NCBI RefSeq assembly: GCF_009914755.1 | Contig: NC_060928.1 | DNA length: 64,000 nt | Source of the DNA: the human T2T-CHM13v2.0 reference genome, Homo sapiens | Strand: one strand, 5' to 3' | Shown: positions 23,014 through 43,236 of the stretch, piece by piece | How the letters are laid out: each line of letters begins with the position of its first letter | Position numbering within the stretch: the stretch's first letter is position 1 | Position numbers and translations under genes: made by a program | Notes under the pieces: model-generated | The model's database searches: none | What the model saw: only the letters and a program-made list of their open reading frames with translations | What the model was told of the DNA's origin: nothing

Positions 23014-23552
23014 TAAAATGGAATCATCCAGGAGAGATGTGTACGTTCTCTTAAACTCAGGGGAGAGTAAGGCCAGAAACTCGAGCTTCCAACTCCAGCT
23101 TCCCCTCTGAGGATGGAGACTGATTTCTAGTACACTAGACACTTCCCGGCATGATTGAAACAATTATTTCAAAATGAATATTTTCTGATAGAGCAGATGC
23201 TATTTAGTGAGATATTCCTTTTAAAAAAGATACTTTTTAAGTGCTTGTAAATTTGATACTTCACTTTTCTGTAATGAGCTTTTGAGACTCTGTATTTTAG
23301 TTATTGAAAATAACCTTTGAAACATTGTTCTGATCATTCCATAAGCACCTAGCACAGGTTTTAGTACAGAGCAAGTGCTCAACATGTATTTGTAAAATAA
23401 ACAAATGATCTTTAGAGTGAAAATGGATGAGGTGATAAAAGTGTATTCATTATAAAAGCTTTCCTATAAGCTTACTAACCTTCCCTCAAAGGTTAACTAT
23501 ATTAAGCACATGTAAAAGCATAGTGTATTTGGATGATATTAAGATGAAAAAT

Positions 23553-23948
<396 letters not shown>

Positions 23949-24034
23949 TTATCACAAGATATATGCAATAAAACTCTTTACCAAATCATAAATTATAGGG
24001 TATTCATTCTTTACCCTCCTCTCTCATACCTTCC

Positions 24035-24470
24035 CACCATTCATCTATCCATCTACCTATCCATCCTTCTATCCACCTGTCCATCCATCCACCTGTCCAT
24101 CCATCCATCCACCCACTCATCCATCCATCCATCCATCCACCTATCTATCTGTCTACCCATCTGTCCATCCATTCATCCATCCACTGATCCACCCATTGGT
24201 TGCCCACCCAATCATCCACCCATCCGTGTGTCCACCCATTGGTTGCCCACCCAATCATCCACCCATCCATCTGTGTGTCCACCCATTTGTCTGCCCAACC
24301 ATCTGCCCATCCACACATCTCCATTTGTCTGTCTGTCCATCCATCCATCCATCCATCCTTCCTCCTGTCCATCCATCCACTCATTTTTCTGTCCATCCAC
24401 CTGTCCACCCAACTACCCATCCACCCACACCCCCATCCACTTGTCCATCCATCCATCCATCCATCCATCT
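24035..24470. repeat. Degenerate (TCCA)n / (TGGA)n tract
   Basis: About 430 bp of ccat/ccac/ctgt tetramers. Confidence 0.95.
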
Positions 24471-25144
24471 AGCATGTCTAGGTCCCAACCCTCTAGTAAA
24501 CACCCACCCTCCCTGCCCTCTCACAGGGACCTATAGTATTGCAGGTCAGTTGTGTCTCACACAGATATAAGAAGAAGAATAATCAGCATCAGGAATATCT
24601 CATATCAACCTGCCATTACTGTAGGTGCTTGCACCTTCCCTTGAAGCCTATGATTTGTTGTCATCACACAGTCCACAAAGCCCCTTCTTCTTGGGACTGG
24701 TGCTGAGAAGCCCAGCCTTTCCCCAGGGTCTTTCCAGGGATCTCTCCTGATTCTTTTCTTTGGGGAAGAACGGGGCTGCTGTGGAGTCAGAAAAGCCAGG
24801 GAAGGGGTGGCAGGGACAGCTGCACTGGCAGCTGCTGCTGGGTGTTGGAATCACCAGGATGTCCAGCCTGACCTGTACATGGGGAGCCTTGGACCTGAGC
24901 CATGTGGCACAGCCTGGGTTCTATCTTTACATGCTGCTAACTTCAGCATTTCCCATGTAGGCACCTCCATTCCAGGGTAGCTGCTAACTAGGAAGTCTAC
25001 GAAACTCTTTCCTTCCTGCTCCTCACACCACTTCCTCAGAAACATGCAGTCAGTGGGACACGCTTTCTAATGAGAACTCAACCAAGCCGCAAGGTAGAGC
25101 CTAACTCACTTATGGAGGTAAAGAAAATGCTGTCCTCCAGAATT

Positions 25145-25296
25145 CTCTTTTTACTTTTCCTAAATTTTTTTTTTAAAGAGATGGGGGTCTTGCTATGTTG
25201 TCCAGGCTGGTCTTGAACTACTGACCTCACGTGATCCTCTCTCACCTTGGCCTCCCAAAGTGCTGAGACTACAGGCATGAGCCACCACACTCAGCA
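25145..25296 (-). mobile_element. Alu left monomer (FLAM-like)
   Basis: gagatgggggtcttgctatgttg...gagccaccacac. Confidence 0.8.
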
Positions 25297-25516
25297 CCCA
25301 GAAATCTCTTAAGGAGAGCCCTGTCTAGGTTTGGAAGAAATACTTAATAAAGCCAACATGATCTTTAGTGCTCAGCATGAAATGGTGAGAGGTTATTTGT
25401 CTTGCTCTTAAGAGTAAGAAAGATGACAGTAAAGGAGAAAATGAGGGACAGGGATGATCTACAAAAATGAGAGAGGTCTCCAGAATCAGGCATACAACAT
25501 TGAAATATTCAGTCAT

Positions 25517-25842
<326 letters not shown>

Positions 25843-26216
25843 TCAGTCATAATGTAACAGGGAACACTTAGATAGACTTACTGCATACCAGGCTCTATTT
25901 GAAGCACTTCTCATGCATTTACTCATGTAATTGTCATTACAGCCCAGTGAAGTGAATGCTATTATTATCCTCATTTTAGAGATGGGAGACTGAGGTACAG
26001 AGCAGTTAAGCAAATTCCTACCCAAAGTTACACAGCTAGTGAGTGTTAGAGCTGGGCTTCACACCCAGGCAGTTTGGCTCTAGAGATCTTTACCTCTGTT
26101 AACTTCGAAGATGCTGTGTGTGAGTGGTTTTATTGATGTGGCAACTGAAAAGGGGGAGAGTTTTGTGCTGGGGATGATGTGGGGGCAGGCAGAGGAAGCA
26201 GAGCCTGGAGGCCTAA

Positions 26217-26691
<475 letters not shown>

Positions 26692-26842
26692 TTTATGTTT
26701 AATATCTCATTTAATCCACACAGTGAGCCTATGAGGTAGGGACAACTGTAATTCAATTTTATACAAAAGGAAAATGAGACTCACAGTAAGCCATCCCAGG
26801 TTTCACAGCTAGTTGGTGGCAGAGCCAGGATTGTCCCTGACA

Positions 26843-27021
26843 TGTGTGCCTGAGATTCCTGGAGCCCTGGCCTGTGAGCCCGAGACCCCTGGAGCCCTGG
26901 CCTGTGTGCCTGAGAGCCTGGAGCCCTGGCCTGTGAATCTGAGAGCCCTGGAGCCCTGGCCTGTGAGCCTGAGATTCCCGGAGCCATGGCCTGTGAGCCC
27001 GAGAACCCTGGAGCCCTGGCC
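26843..27021. repeat. 30-bp minisatellite, 6 copies (consensus tgtgagcctgagaNccctggagccctggcc)
   Basis: Units start at 26843, 26873, 26903 (29 bp), 26932, 26962 and 26992. Confidence 0.95.
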
Positions 27022-27077
27022 CTCAGCTTGTCTCTGGTTTCTACATGCAGACCCTGCAGTTGGCCAGGCCCTCCTCA

Positions 27078-27380
<303 letters not shown>

Positions 27381-27972
27381 CTACAGAGAATGCTGTAGCA
27401 ATGGCCTGGCCACAGCAGCCATTTTGCACCAGGTGAACCACCTCCTTCCACAGCTGATTGGGCCAGAGTGGACACCTGTTCTAACCTGGGCCAATCAAAG
27501 TTCCTTTAATGTAAATTTGACATGAAGAGGTGGGAGATAGAGCAAAAGAGACTGACAGACAGATACTGACTCTGTGGCTCCAAATTTACCATACTCAGGA
27601 GCACTAAGGTAACTATCTGACATCTGCCCCAGGACTAGTGTGGTGATGGCTGCTGTCTGTGGAGGAAGCCCAGGGCTGGTGTGCACAGCAGAGCAGAATG
27701 ACATAGGGAAGGGTGAGGGGTCCCTACAGCTTTTCAGTCCGTGCTCTTGTTTGGTCCTGAGAACTGTCTGTGTCTCTGTCCTTGGGTTCATATTCATTCA
27801 TTCTTTTTTTCCCTACTTTTTATTTTTGGTTCATTCACGCTTTCACTCAACAAACATTTATTTACTGAAGTCCCACTGTGTGTCAAACACCCAAAGCAAG
27901 TTCTGTGAGCAGCTGGGTAAACTTTAATAAGTGTCTCTTCACTGCCTGCCTAACTTCACTCAAGCTGGTTTC

Positions 27973-28512
27973 TGTGAGAGGCACAAAAACAACCCCTAAG
28001 ATGTCCATGTCTGAAAACTGAGTATGTTACCTTACATGGTCAAAGGGACTTTGCAGATGTGATTAAGGATCTTAGATGGGAGATTATCCTGAAATATCTG
28101 GGTGGGCCTCAATCACAAGGGTCCTTATAAGAGGGCCGTAGGAGGCTCAGTGAGAAAAGAGTTGATGGTGGAAGCAGAGGTCAGAGAGGGAGGGAGAGAG
28201 AGAGGGAGGGAGAGGGAGGGAGGGGGGAGGGGGGAGAGGGGGGAGGGGGAGGGGGAGGGGGATTTGAAGCTGCTACACTTTTGGCTTTGATAATGCAGGA
28301 AGGGACCAGAAGCCACGGAACTCAGGCGGCCTCTAGAAGGTGGAAAAGGCAAGGACACAGATTCTCCTCTGGAGTCTTTAGAAGGAACCAGCCCTGCCAA
28401 TTCCTTGATTTTTGGATTTCTGACCTCTAGAATTGTCAGATAATAAATCTGTGTTGTTTTAAGCCACCAGGCTTGTGCTAATTTGTTACAGCAGCAATAG
28501 GAAACTAATATA
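27973..28512 (+). mobile_element. MaLR solo LTR (MLT1D-like) with an internal GA/G-rich expansion
   Basis: tgt...gggactttgcagatgtgattaagg...gcagcaataggaaactaatata; 5-bp TSD gtttc at 27968-27972 and 28513-28517. Confidence 0.88.
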
Positions 28513-28677
28513 GTTTCTGCTTTTTTTTTTTTTTCCAGTTAGCAGAGTTCCAGTTAATATATATCCCCAGGTTTTAGATGAGGAAATGAGAGATGGGCAT
28601 TGGAGAGATGAATTTGGTTTCCCAGGGTCACACAGAAAAAGATATGGAAATTATTATCCCCTCATCTTTTTAAACTC

Positions 28678-28809
28678 TTTTTTATATATATATAGAGGGA
28701 GGGTCTCACTATGTTACCCAGCTGGTCTCAAATTCCGAAGCTCAAGCAATCCTCCTGCCTCAGCCTCCCGAAGTGTTGAGATTGCAGGCATGAGCCACCA
28801 CGCCCCGGC
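28678..28809 (-). mobile_element. Alu monomer (FLAM-like)
   Basis: Left-arm consensus. Confidence 0.8.
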
Positions 28810-29178
28810 ATCCGCCCCTGCTGCCATATTTTTCAACAGAGCAGGAAACTGGGGCTAGAAAGGCAGGGAACCTGCCTGCAGAGAGGTGATGGAAGAGGCA
28901 GGATTGTGACCCATGAGTGATGGAGTCCAGGGCCCAAGCCCTTTCCACTCACTCATGCAGTGGGCATTTCACCAAATTTCCTCTGGGATTTCACCAAATG
29001 CATGAGGCTCCTGTGAGGGAAGAATTCAACCACCTTTGAGCCCAAGTTGGCCTCCCAAACCCAGCGGGTCATGTGGAAGCTTTCCTCAGCCTGTCTCTGC
29101 CACCTGTCACCGGGGATAGCAATAGGGAACTGGTCTCACTCCTCCCAGGGGAAACGCAGTCATTCTGTGCCAAATGTC

Positions 29179-29470
29179 TTTTTCTTTTTCTTTTTTTGAG
29201 ACGAGGTCTCACTCTGTTGCCCAGCTGGAGTGCAGCGGCACAATCATGGCTCACCTCAGCCTTGACCTCCTGGGCCCAAGTCATCCTCCCATCTCAGCGT
29301 CTTGAGTAGCTGAGACCACAGATGCTCACTACTCCACCTGGCTAATTTTTTTTGTAGTGCTTAGTTCTCCCTATGTTGCCCAGGCTAACCTCAAACTCCT
29401 GGCCTCAAGTGATCCTCCCGCATTGGCCTCCCAAAGTTCTGCGATTACAGGCGTGAGCCACCATGCCTGA
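29179..29470 (-). mobile_element. Alu (AluJ-like)
   Basis: Full diverged Alu. Confidence 0.88.
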
Positions 29471-30689
29471 TTGCGAGTTTATTTAATAAAACAGAAAAGG
29501 CTCATACTTTTCAAATTCTCTGATACCTTCCTCCTCTTTCCCTTGCTGCAAGGCTCAGAGAACACCAATTGGTGACATGTTTATCCCCAGGGAAATGGGG
29601 ATGGAGAGGTTGAAGCCTGGCTTTGCAAGACGGAGCCAAACTCTCTCACTCTGACCCAGCCTCTCTCCATCCCTGGGGGCAAGTAAAGGTTCAGGTCAGC
29701 ACTGCCCACTCACTTGCTCAGGAGCCCTTGGCAGTGAGGATCACACAGGGTGCAACACTCAGGGCTCAGGGCAAATTGGAGACTCATTCCTGGTGAATTT
29801 CTCCAGCTGCTATGGGAGGGTTACCCTGCTCTTGTTGTGGCCAGTTTGGGGCCTCCTGAGGGACCTAGTTTCACCCTGTCTCTCCAAAAGTCCTATATTA
29901 TGTAAAGTCTCCATTCCCAGTGCTTCCAAATACCTTAGACAACTCCCTCATGGCTTCCACCCACTGATCCCAGCAACCTGTTTGAGGGGCTGCCTTTTCC
30001 CCTAGAGGTAAGCTACGTAAGGACACATAGTGTAGTGATCATCTGGTATCTCTGCAGCTCTGCATGATGGCAGCTCGTGGTAGCTACTCAGTGAATGCCT
30101 GCAGAATAGATGAGTGAACAATAAAAGTGAACCTTTTAAAAACCAAGCTGTTACTCAGCCATGCACTGTTCTAAGTACTTTACATGCAGTGTCCCTTTTG
30201 ATCTTCATAACCATCTCATAAGATTCATACTACCATCTATCATTTTATAAATGAGGAAACTGAGGCACAAAGAACCTAATGACCTATCCGAGCTCCCACA
30301 CTTTGTAAATGGCAGATCCAGGACTTGAACCCAGGCAGCCCATTCCTACTCGCTGACACAGGAACTGGGGCTTATACCCGATGGGCAGAGTGTCCTTTCA
30401 CTTTCCTTTGGCCGGGACTCAGACCTCATGGGTCCAACCCCCTAGAGCCCCTGGAACTCCCCGCCTCAGGTGAGTGAAGCCTCCTGCCTCTCTGCCTCAT
30501 GTGAGAAATTGGGGTCCACAGCATGAAGGAATAAAGCTCAGGGATACACAAAGGTCAATGTCACCCAGCAGTGAATACACCTGGGAATCTCCCCAAGCTG
30601 AGCTCTTGCAGATTGTAAGCCAAAGTGAAAAAAGATTTAGAAGGATTGAAGAAATAAGGAAACTGACATCTTTTTTGAATACCTAGTAA

Positions 30690-31027
<338 letters not shown>

Positions 31028-31923
31028 TTTCTTTTTTTTAAAGCTTCTCTTATATTCTTATCAGGGGAATATGTGCAGATAGTATAAAGAGCCAAATAGT
31101 ATTAAAAGAAAGGAAAATAAGCAGCCTCCTAGTCCTTTCCTCCTCCCTCTCTGTCTCCTGTCCTCGGAGGCAGCCATTGTCAACTCCTTGTTTCTTGTTG
31201 TATTTACCAGCATTAAAAAGACAATGTTTCCAGTCTACTGTATCTTGATTATTTTTGAGACTATGAATTGTCTTCCTACTACAGTAGATCAGCATTTTAG
31301 GTCTCACTCACTCTCTTCCATTCCTTTTACATAGTATACAATATATATATTTAATATATTGAAGTATACTTCATATTTTCCTTATTGAGAATATGTAAAT
31401 ATTATTCACTATTGAGCTAAATGAATTATTATGATTGAACTTCTGCCTCATGCAGCTTTTTGTTTTTCCTTGCATTAGTAAATGCTGCATTTTTTATTTG
31501 TTTAGTTTCCTTTGGCTATCTGGCAAAGTCTTCCTACAACTCCTAAATGCTTTGTAAAACACACAGTGCAATTTTCCACATGGCCAAATCTGTCAGAGAA
31601 TCCATCAGTTTTGCTTTCCCCTGGAGACAGCTCTTCCAGAGCCCTCAGTTCCTTGCTGCAGCCTGGACTGAGCTGTTGTCCAGCAGCAAAACCAGACTCC
31701 TCAAACCTTCCTTCTTGCTCCTGAATTGAATCCCTGGTATCGCAGCTCTCTTTTATTCCCTCTCCCTTGGTTTGCTCCCTTGTTTTTGTGGGACACCTCT
31801 TCAAGGAACTGCTTAAGACGGCAGGAAGGGAACACCCTCTGAGAAAGCCGTGTTTAAGCCAGGCCACAAGGTAGAAGGCGCTGGATGAAACATGCCTGAA
31901 CCACCCCACCAGATTATCCATAG

Positions 31924-32491
<568 letters not shown>

Positions 32492-32670
32492 TGACCCTGA
32501 GCAAGTTGCAAAATCTCTCTGAGCCTCTTTCTTCATCTGGAAAAAGGGAATACAATAATAACAATCTGGAAAGATGCTCGGGGGATTGGATGTCATGTAG
32601 AAAAGGGACGGCTTTGTGCATGGCAGTTCTCACCTAGCAGGTTCCCGGCACAGAGTAGACGGCACAGTCA

Positions 32671-32919
<249 letters not shown>

Positions 32920-33438
32920 CTAAGCCCCTTGCCTTTCCTGGGACGTTTTCTTCAAATAAAAGCTTTCTAAATGTTACCTCCATGCAGCTGAGCCTCCTCT
33001 GTCTGTAGAGACTCTGAAGGGATGGAAGCTGCAAGCTTTAAGGACCTGGGGGTGGCCAGTCCTTCCAGCTAGGGCCACAAATGCCAGGAAGGAGGAAAAG
33101 AGGGGTGGGGACACCAACCTTTCAAGAGAAATCACTAGGGGACTGATGCCTTCCAGGGACCCACGTGGCAGCCCCCCTCCTCCCTCAGGTGCTGCTCGAA
33201 TCTGGCTTCCTCACTAAGGATTCTCCTGATAGCCCCATGTAGTACTACCTCCCCCAACTCCACATCCCCCATCACAGGACAGCCTCCCAGAAACCTCTGC
33301 CCTGCTCTAGTTTTCTTTTTCCTGAGCCATCATTACCTTAGAATGAACTACGTGATTTACTGACTTCTTATGTCAACCATTTATTGTCTGTTCCCACCTC
33401 CATTGCTAAAATATACATATCATTATATATAAAATATC

Positions 33439-34440
<1,002 letters not shown>

Positions 34441-34612
34441 TCACAAAAGATCCTAGGGCTAGGAATGACACTGCCACTCCGATAACGTGCCAGCCACTGT
34501 GCCTGGGAGGAGAAAGCTCCGATAGCAGTTAGTGGGGATTAGAAACATCTTGCTTGGCTTTCAAAAAGCAACCTGCCATATAAAGTGTATTATTGCACTT
34601 AGGATACAATCG

Positions 34613-34683
34613 GGAACCACCTGATATCTGTTTAGCAGGAACCGCCTGATAGCTGTTTAGCAGGAACCACCTGATATCTGTTT
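34613..34683. repeat. 25-bp tandem repeat, about 2.8 copies (ggaaccacctgatatctgtttagca)
   Basis: Units at 34613, 34638 and 34663. Confidence 0.9.
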
Positions 34684-35489
34684 TAGTGGGTTCTTAATAA
34701 ATGATGATCAACTGTCAGAATGACTGAGAGCTTAGAGTTACTGATATGAGGTCTTTGGGGGCTCCAAAAAAGAGATCTCTATGGTCTTAATTTTGCAGCT
34801 TTTTCTGCATCTATAAAAACGACAACAACACTTCACTTTAATACAGTGTTTTGCACTCGTCAAAGCATGGTCACACATTTTACTGGTGTCCCCAAGTACA
34901 AATAGGGGGATTATAAATAGGCCTCCACATATGCAACATGAACAAGGAAATGCTAGTTTAAAGCTGCAAAAGTTTCTGCATTCTAGATAAGATGCTGACA
35001 AATGTCTTTAGAAGAGACCAGAGCTCCCTTCCTTAATTCGGAACTTTTGAACCAGCTGAGAATTTCCAGTGTGATCGGTTTAGATTGGGATGTGAAGTAT
35101 TTATCTTGTTTGACGGCGTGAAAGGATGCCACATGGTGGGGTTCTCTGGAGAGATTGCCAGGTGATGAGCAGCATCTCCTTCCCCTGACAAGGACATCAG
35201 GCCAGAGCTCCAGAGGTGGGGTTTAGGGTCTCGGGCTGTGAGAAAAGGCCATGAGAAGGGGCACTCTGCTTGGCAGAGGTGAGAAGGCCCAGGCTGGGGG
35301 GTTAAGGAAGAGACAGACAATGGGGACCCCGAAAGGAAGGGTCTGATACTAGAAGCAGCATAGGAAGGTGGCCAAGAGAATGGTGCAAAAGCCAGACTAC
35401 CCAGCTCCAAATTCCAGCTCTACAACCCACTCAATACAGGAGAGAGTTTAAAGATCTCACTGAGATCTTGGCCTGATCTTCCTCCTCTA

Positions 35490-35901
<412 letters not shown>

Positions 35902-36199
35902 AACTATACATATTAAAAGAGAGAAGTTTTCTTTCTCTGCATCATTTTGATTATCTTAGTTTATCCTCAAGTCTTTCAAAGGTGTGCAAAACATAGCCAC
36001 CTTTAAGGAGCAATGAAGCAGGGATACCTGGGTCTGAACTCTGGGTATGAAACCAGCCCAAGGGTTAGGAGGCCAGAGAAACTGGAGGAGCAGCCTCGGT
36101 CAAGAGTGAGAGGTGGCACCGCCAGGTAAGCACTCCCAGTGAGTCCCAGGAGAGGGGAGGGGGCTGAACTTTCTCTCAGGATAGGGCTCAGTTATTATT

Positions 36200-37630
<1,431 letters not shown>

Positions 37631-37634
37631 AGCA

Positions 37635-37970
37635 CATGACAAAGATGCCCTCTCTCACTCCTGTTCAACATAGTATTGGAAGTTCTGGCCACGGTAATCA
37701 GGCAAGAGAAAGAAATAAAGGGGATCCAAATAGGAAGGAAGGAAGTCAAACTATCCCTATTTGCAGATGACATGATCCTATATCTAGAAAACCCATAGTT
37801 TTCTATGCCCAAAAGCTCCTTATGCTGATAAACAACTTCAGCAAAGTCTCAAGATACAAAATTGATGTGCAAAAATCACTAACATTCCTATACACCAGCA
37901 ACATTCAAGCTGAGAGCCAAATCAGGAACACAATCCCATTCACAACACACACACACACACACACACAAAC
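37635..37970 (+). mobile_element. L1 ORF2 RT fragment ending in (CA)n
   Basis: gatgccctctctcac...tttgcagatgacatg (FADDM)...cccattcaca. Confidence 0.85.
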
Positions 37971-38035
37971 TGTAGTTTGTGACAGAGCAATAACACCTGA
38001 CCCTCACCCAGGAGTCAAGCTCATGTAAGTCCTGC

Positions 38036-38407
38036 TGATATGGTTAGGTTTTTTGCCCCCACCCAAATCTCATCTTGAGTTGTAATCCCCATAATCCCCA
38101 CGTGTTGAGGGTGGGACTTTGTGGGAGGTGATTGGATCATGGGGGCCGTTTCCCCTATGCTGTTCTTGTGATAGTGAGTGAGTTTTCATGAAATCTGATG
38201 GTTTTATAAGTGTTTGTCATTTCCTTCTACACACTTTTCTCTCACCTGCCGCCATGTAAGATATGCCTGCTTCCCCTTCTGGCATGATTGTAAGTTTCCT
38301 GAGACCTCCCCAGCCAAGCAGAATTGTGAGTCAATTAAACCTCTTTCCTTTATAAATTACCCAGTCTTGGGGGATTCTTTATAGCGGTGTGGAAACGACC
38401 TAATATA
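38036..38407 (+). mobile_element. MaLR solo LTR (THE1/MSTA-like)
   Basis: tgatatggtt...cccacccaaatctcatcttg...tgagtcaattaaacctc...ctaatata; TSD cctgc/cccgc. Confidence 0.92.
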
Positions 38408-38712
38408 CCCGCAGAGCCTGATAGAGCCAATCATAAGGGTAGCTCATCTATGAGCTAAATCTTTGATATTTGGGGGTGTTTGTTAGAGCAGCAATAGCTG
38501 ACTGACATAGGTGGTATAGGTGGGGATTTCCTCAGGATCACAAAGCTTCCTTATACCCCCTAATTAAAGAACACTTGGAAACATAGGGGCAGAGGTTTTG
38601 GACCAGTGCAAGTTTGAATCTTGGAAAGGTTTGCTAACTTCTTTGAGCTCCAGGTTCTTAAGCTAAAAAATGGCTTCTCTGGGTTGTTGTAACAATTAAG
38701 TAACACAGTTTA

Positions 38713-38982
<270 letters not shown>

Positions 38983-40573
38983 CTAAGGCCAAAAAAGAAA
39001 AAGAAAAAAAAAAAAAAGGCAAGATGAGCTTAAGTACAGCTTCATGATTCAACCTGTGGCTTATTCAAATCAGAGAGCAGAGAAGAGGGAGCCCCCAGCA
39101 ACCCACTATCGGTGCCCTGCTTGCAGGGGATGCCAAGGCTTGTGATGATGACGTGACTAGAACAGTGCCTGGCTTACTATGATTAATGCCAGCCCTGAGC
39201 CCTGTATCCTGTTTTTCAGTCTATGAAGCATTTCACACTGCTGACAAAACTAAAGCATAAAGAGGGGAAGTAACCTGGCTAGGGTGCCACCATCAGGGAG
39301 GAGTGGAAATGAAATATGCAACCGGATAATAGGACCCTGGGGACTGAACTCTTGACCACTTCCTGGTATGGTTCCATGCATAACCCTCAGAGAGAGGTCC
39401 TTGTTTCCTTGTTAAGCCTGCTGCACGGGGCTGTTGTGAGGACCTGAGAACAATGCTGGCTCATGGCTAGTGGTCAGTAAGTGTGAGTGAATGGTGTTAC
39501 TATTATATCCGTTTAAGAGTTTGTAGTCTGCTGTGTCCCATTATGTAGAATCAGAAAACATGGAACTTGCTGAATGACCAGAAATGGGGTATGGGAGAAG
39601 AATATGGGAACGATTAGTTAACAATGAGGCTTCTGAATATTTTCTGAGTTGAATTTGCTCATGTTATCATTCTCTCCTTCCCACAGAGATACACAGGTGA
39701 AAAAGACCTTGTTATTTTGATTTTTCTATTTGTCATAACCACACTGTCCATGAAAACAGTATAAGACAGGGTAGGAACAGATTTGTCTCACGAAATAGTG
39801 ATAATTGTAACCTGTGCTTTTCATTAACTAGTTGTATGGCCTTGAGCCAGCTTCTTCCCTTTTTTGGACCTGAGTTTCATCAACTGTGAAACAAAGGGGC
39901 TGGCTTATATCTGTAGTGAAACTGTGTTCCAGGGATCCTGGGAGGTGTCTCAGGGGTAGGAAGGGGCAGAGCTGAGGCTGGAGGGTAGGGCCTTGGGCTC
40001 CCATCCACCCTTGATCTGGAACAAAACTGCTTTTATTGCCTTTCCACATACTGTATTATCTATAAAAGGCCATCAATGTCAAGACCAATGAAGACCTCCA
40101 CATTGCCAAATCCAATGGTCGATTCTTGGGTCTGCACTAACGGGGACTCCCAGCAGAACTGGAAATATTGATGATTCCTTCCTTTGTGCAGCCTTCATTC
40201 CTGGGCTTTCTCCTCCCCCCGCCCCCCAGTTGCTGCTTCTTAGTCTTCTCTGCTGAAGCCTCCTCCTCTCCTGCTTCTCAAACTACCACATGTGCAGAAC
40301 CAAACTCTTGGTTTTACTCCTCCAAACAACAAGCATGCACCTGGCTCAGGGCTTTGCACTGGCTGTTCCCTCTTCCCTCTGATATTTGCATTCTTTGCTC
40401 CCTCACTTCACTCACTGCAACCAGCAGCTCATCCCTGGCTTAAAGCTTAGGCTCTGCTACCAGACGACCTGTGTTTAAATGCCAGATCTTTTACTTATTA
40501 ACGATGTGACCTTGGGAAAATTACTTAGGTTTTCATGAGGATTAAATGAGCTGATACAATGTAAAGTCCTTAG

Positions 40574-41142
<569 letters not shown>

Positions 41143-41262
41143 TGATGCCTAGAACAGTGTGTGGCACATGCGAGTCATTACTAAATGAATAAACACAAAT
41201 ATGTCAAGGGCCACTCCAGATAGCAGGGGGACCACTCTCTCCCATACTTGCCCTACACCCAC

Positions 41263-41584
41263 TTTTTTTTTTGTTTTTTTGTTTTTTTGTTTTTTGTTTT
41301 GTTTTATAAGATTTCACTCCGTCACCCAGGGTAGAGTACAGTTGCAAAATCATGGCTCACTGGAGCCTCGACTTCCGAGGCTCAAGTGATCCTCCCACCT
41401 CAGCCTCCTGAGTAGCTGGGACTACAGGTATACACCCACCATGCCTGGGTACTTTTTACATTCCCTGTAGGCACAGGGTCTTGCTATGTTGCCTAGGCTG
41501 GTCTCAAACTCCTGGGCTCAAGTGATCCTCCTGCCTCAGCCTCCTAAAGTTCTCATATTACAGGTGTAAGCCACAGCACCCACT
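41263..41584 (-). mobile_element. Alu (AluJ-like)
   Basis: Full diverged Alu. Confidence 0.88.
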
Positions 41585-42840
41585 CTTCCCCCACTTTACA
41601 TCCCATGGAGAGAAGGGCCTGGGATTGCTGCATTGTCATGAAAATCCCCTGGGCATGTGGCTGGAGGGTGGCGTGTGGAGACAGCCATCACCCAAACTTT
41701 GAGTGTTTTCCTGTTCTGCTTTAGAAGCCCTTTGTGCCTTTATGATTCATAAGTTCACGTTCTGTTTAAATCATTTGCATTGCCTCTAAATGTAGCAGAA
41801 TACCATGTGATGCCCACTTCCAGAGAATCATCATGGAGATGGCACTTGGGAATCCACTGCCCACTGTGCCCAGGAGGACCTGTCCTGAGGCACTCCAAAG
41901 TGATGGCCTGAGAGAGAGTAAACATCTGCTCTGCCTCCCGCAGCTTTTCTCCCTAAGCCCTTATCTTCCCCCTGGGGTGGATATGTTCTGAGTTAACTCT
42001 GCTAAGCCAGAACTACACTTCCCAGGACTTTCTTCCCTACATACTCTGGACCATGTGACTTTGCATAAAATATAGAAGATGGAAGTGAAGCAGCAGTCAT
42101 TTCCTTGTTATGCTTGCATGCTTGGATGCTTGAATGCAGGGCACCTGGTGCTGTTGCAGCTCTCACATGTCATTGTTGATCTACTCGCTCACCTTATTGG
42201 CCAGGGCAGGTGCTGGGCTCTCAGCTCCTTTAGCTCTTGCTGGTTTCTCTTTTAGTTCTCTCTATCCTGGGCCTGTGTGTACAGCTCCTGGGGCAGCAGC
42301 CAGGCCTGAAGCTCCTCCCACACCTGCCAGATCCTCCTCAGGGTTCTCCCTATCCCCAGGCAGGTGCATGTCTAGCTCCGTGATGAAGGATGCCTGATTC
42401 TCCTACAGGTCACCTGCATTAGCAAAGGTGGAGCCTTGTTGGCTTTAGATACTGACACAGTTCAAGCCCAGCCTTGTGGGCTGCAGTTCGTTCTTGATCT
42501 TCCTCAGTTCACTTCTGTCCTTCTTTCCTTCCAGCGGCCCGCCCTGCTGAATTTAGGCCCAGCACCAGATAAAGAAGCAACAGTTGAACGTAAAGTGTTT
42601 AGCTGTCTCCTTCAATTATGCTAGGTCAGTTCCTAAATTTAATCTCATATCCTATATCATTCTTAGTAGCTTGTTTCTGTGATCAAATCCTAATTGATGC
42701 ACCCTTTAATCTCCAGATCCTACTTATTCTTCAAGGCCCTATTCAACTGTTACTTCCTCATGAAGCCTTCACAATCTTTTTTGTTGCAATTATACCTTCT
42801 CCTCTTGAAGTTCCCATAGCAATTTTTTTGCTACCACAAT

Positions 42841-43236
<396 letters not shown>

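Noticed and set aside
24145-24570. Several 66-124 aa ORFs (MDGWMDG..., HPSIHPS...)
   Set aside because: Translations of the (TCCA)n repeat
26843-27021. Regularly spaced ~30-bp repeats resembling a CRISPR array
   Set aside because: Units are contiguous with no unique spacers, there are no cas genes, and the context is a primate intron; it is a VNTR
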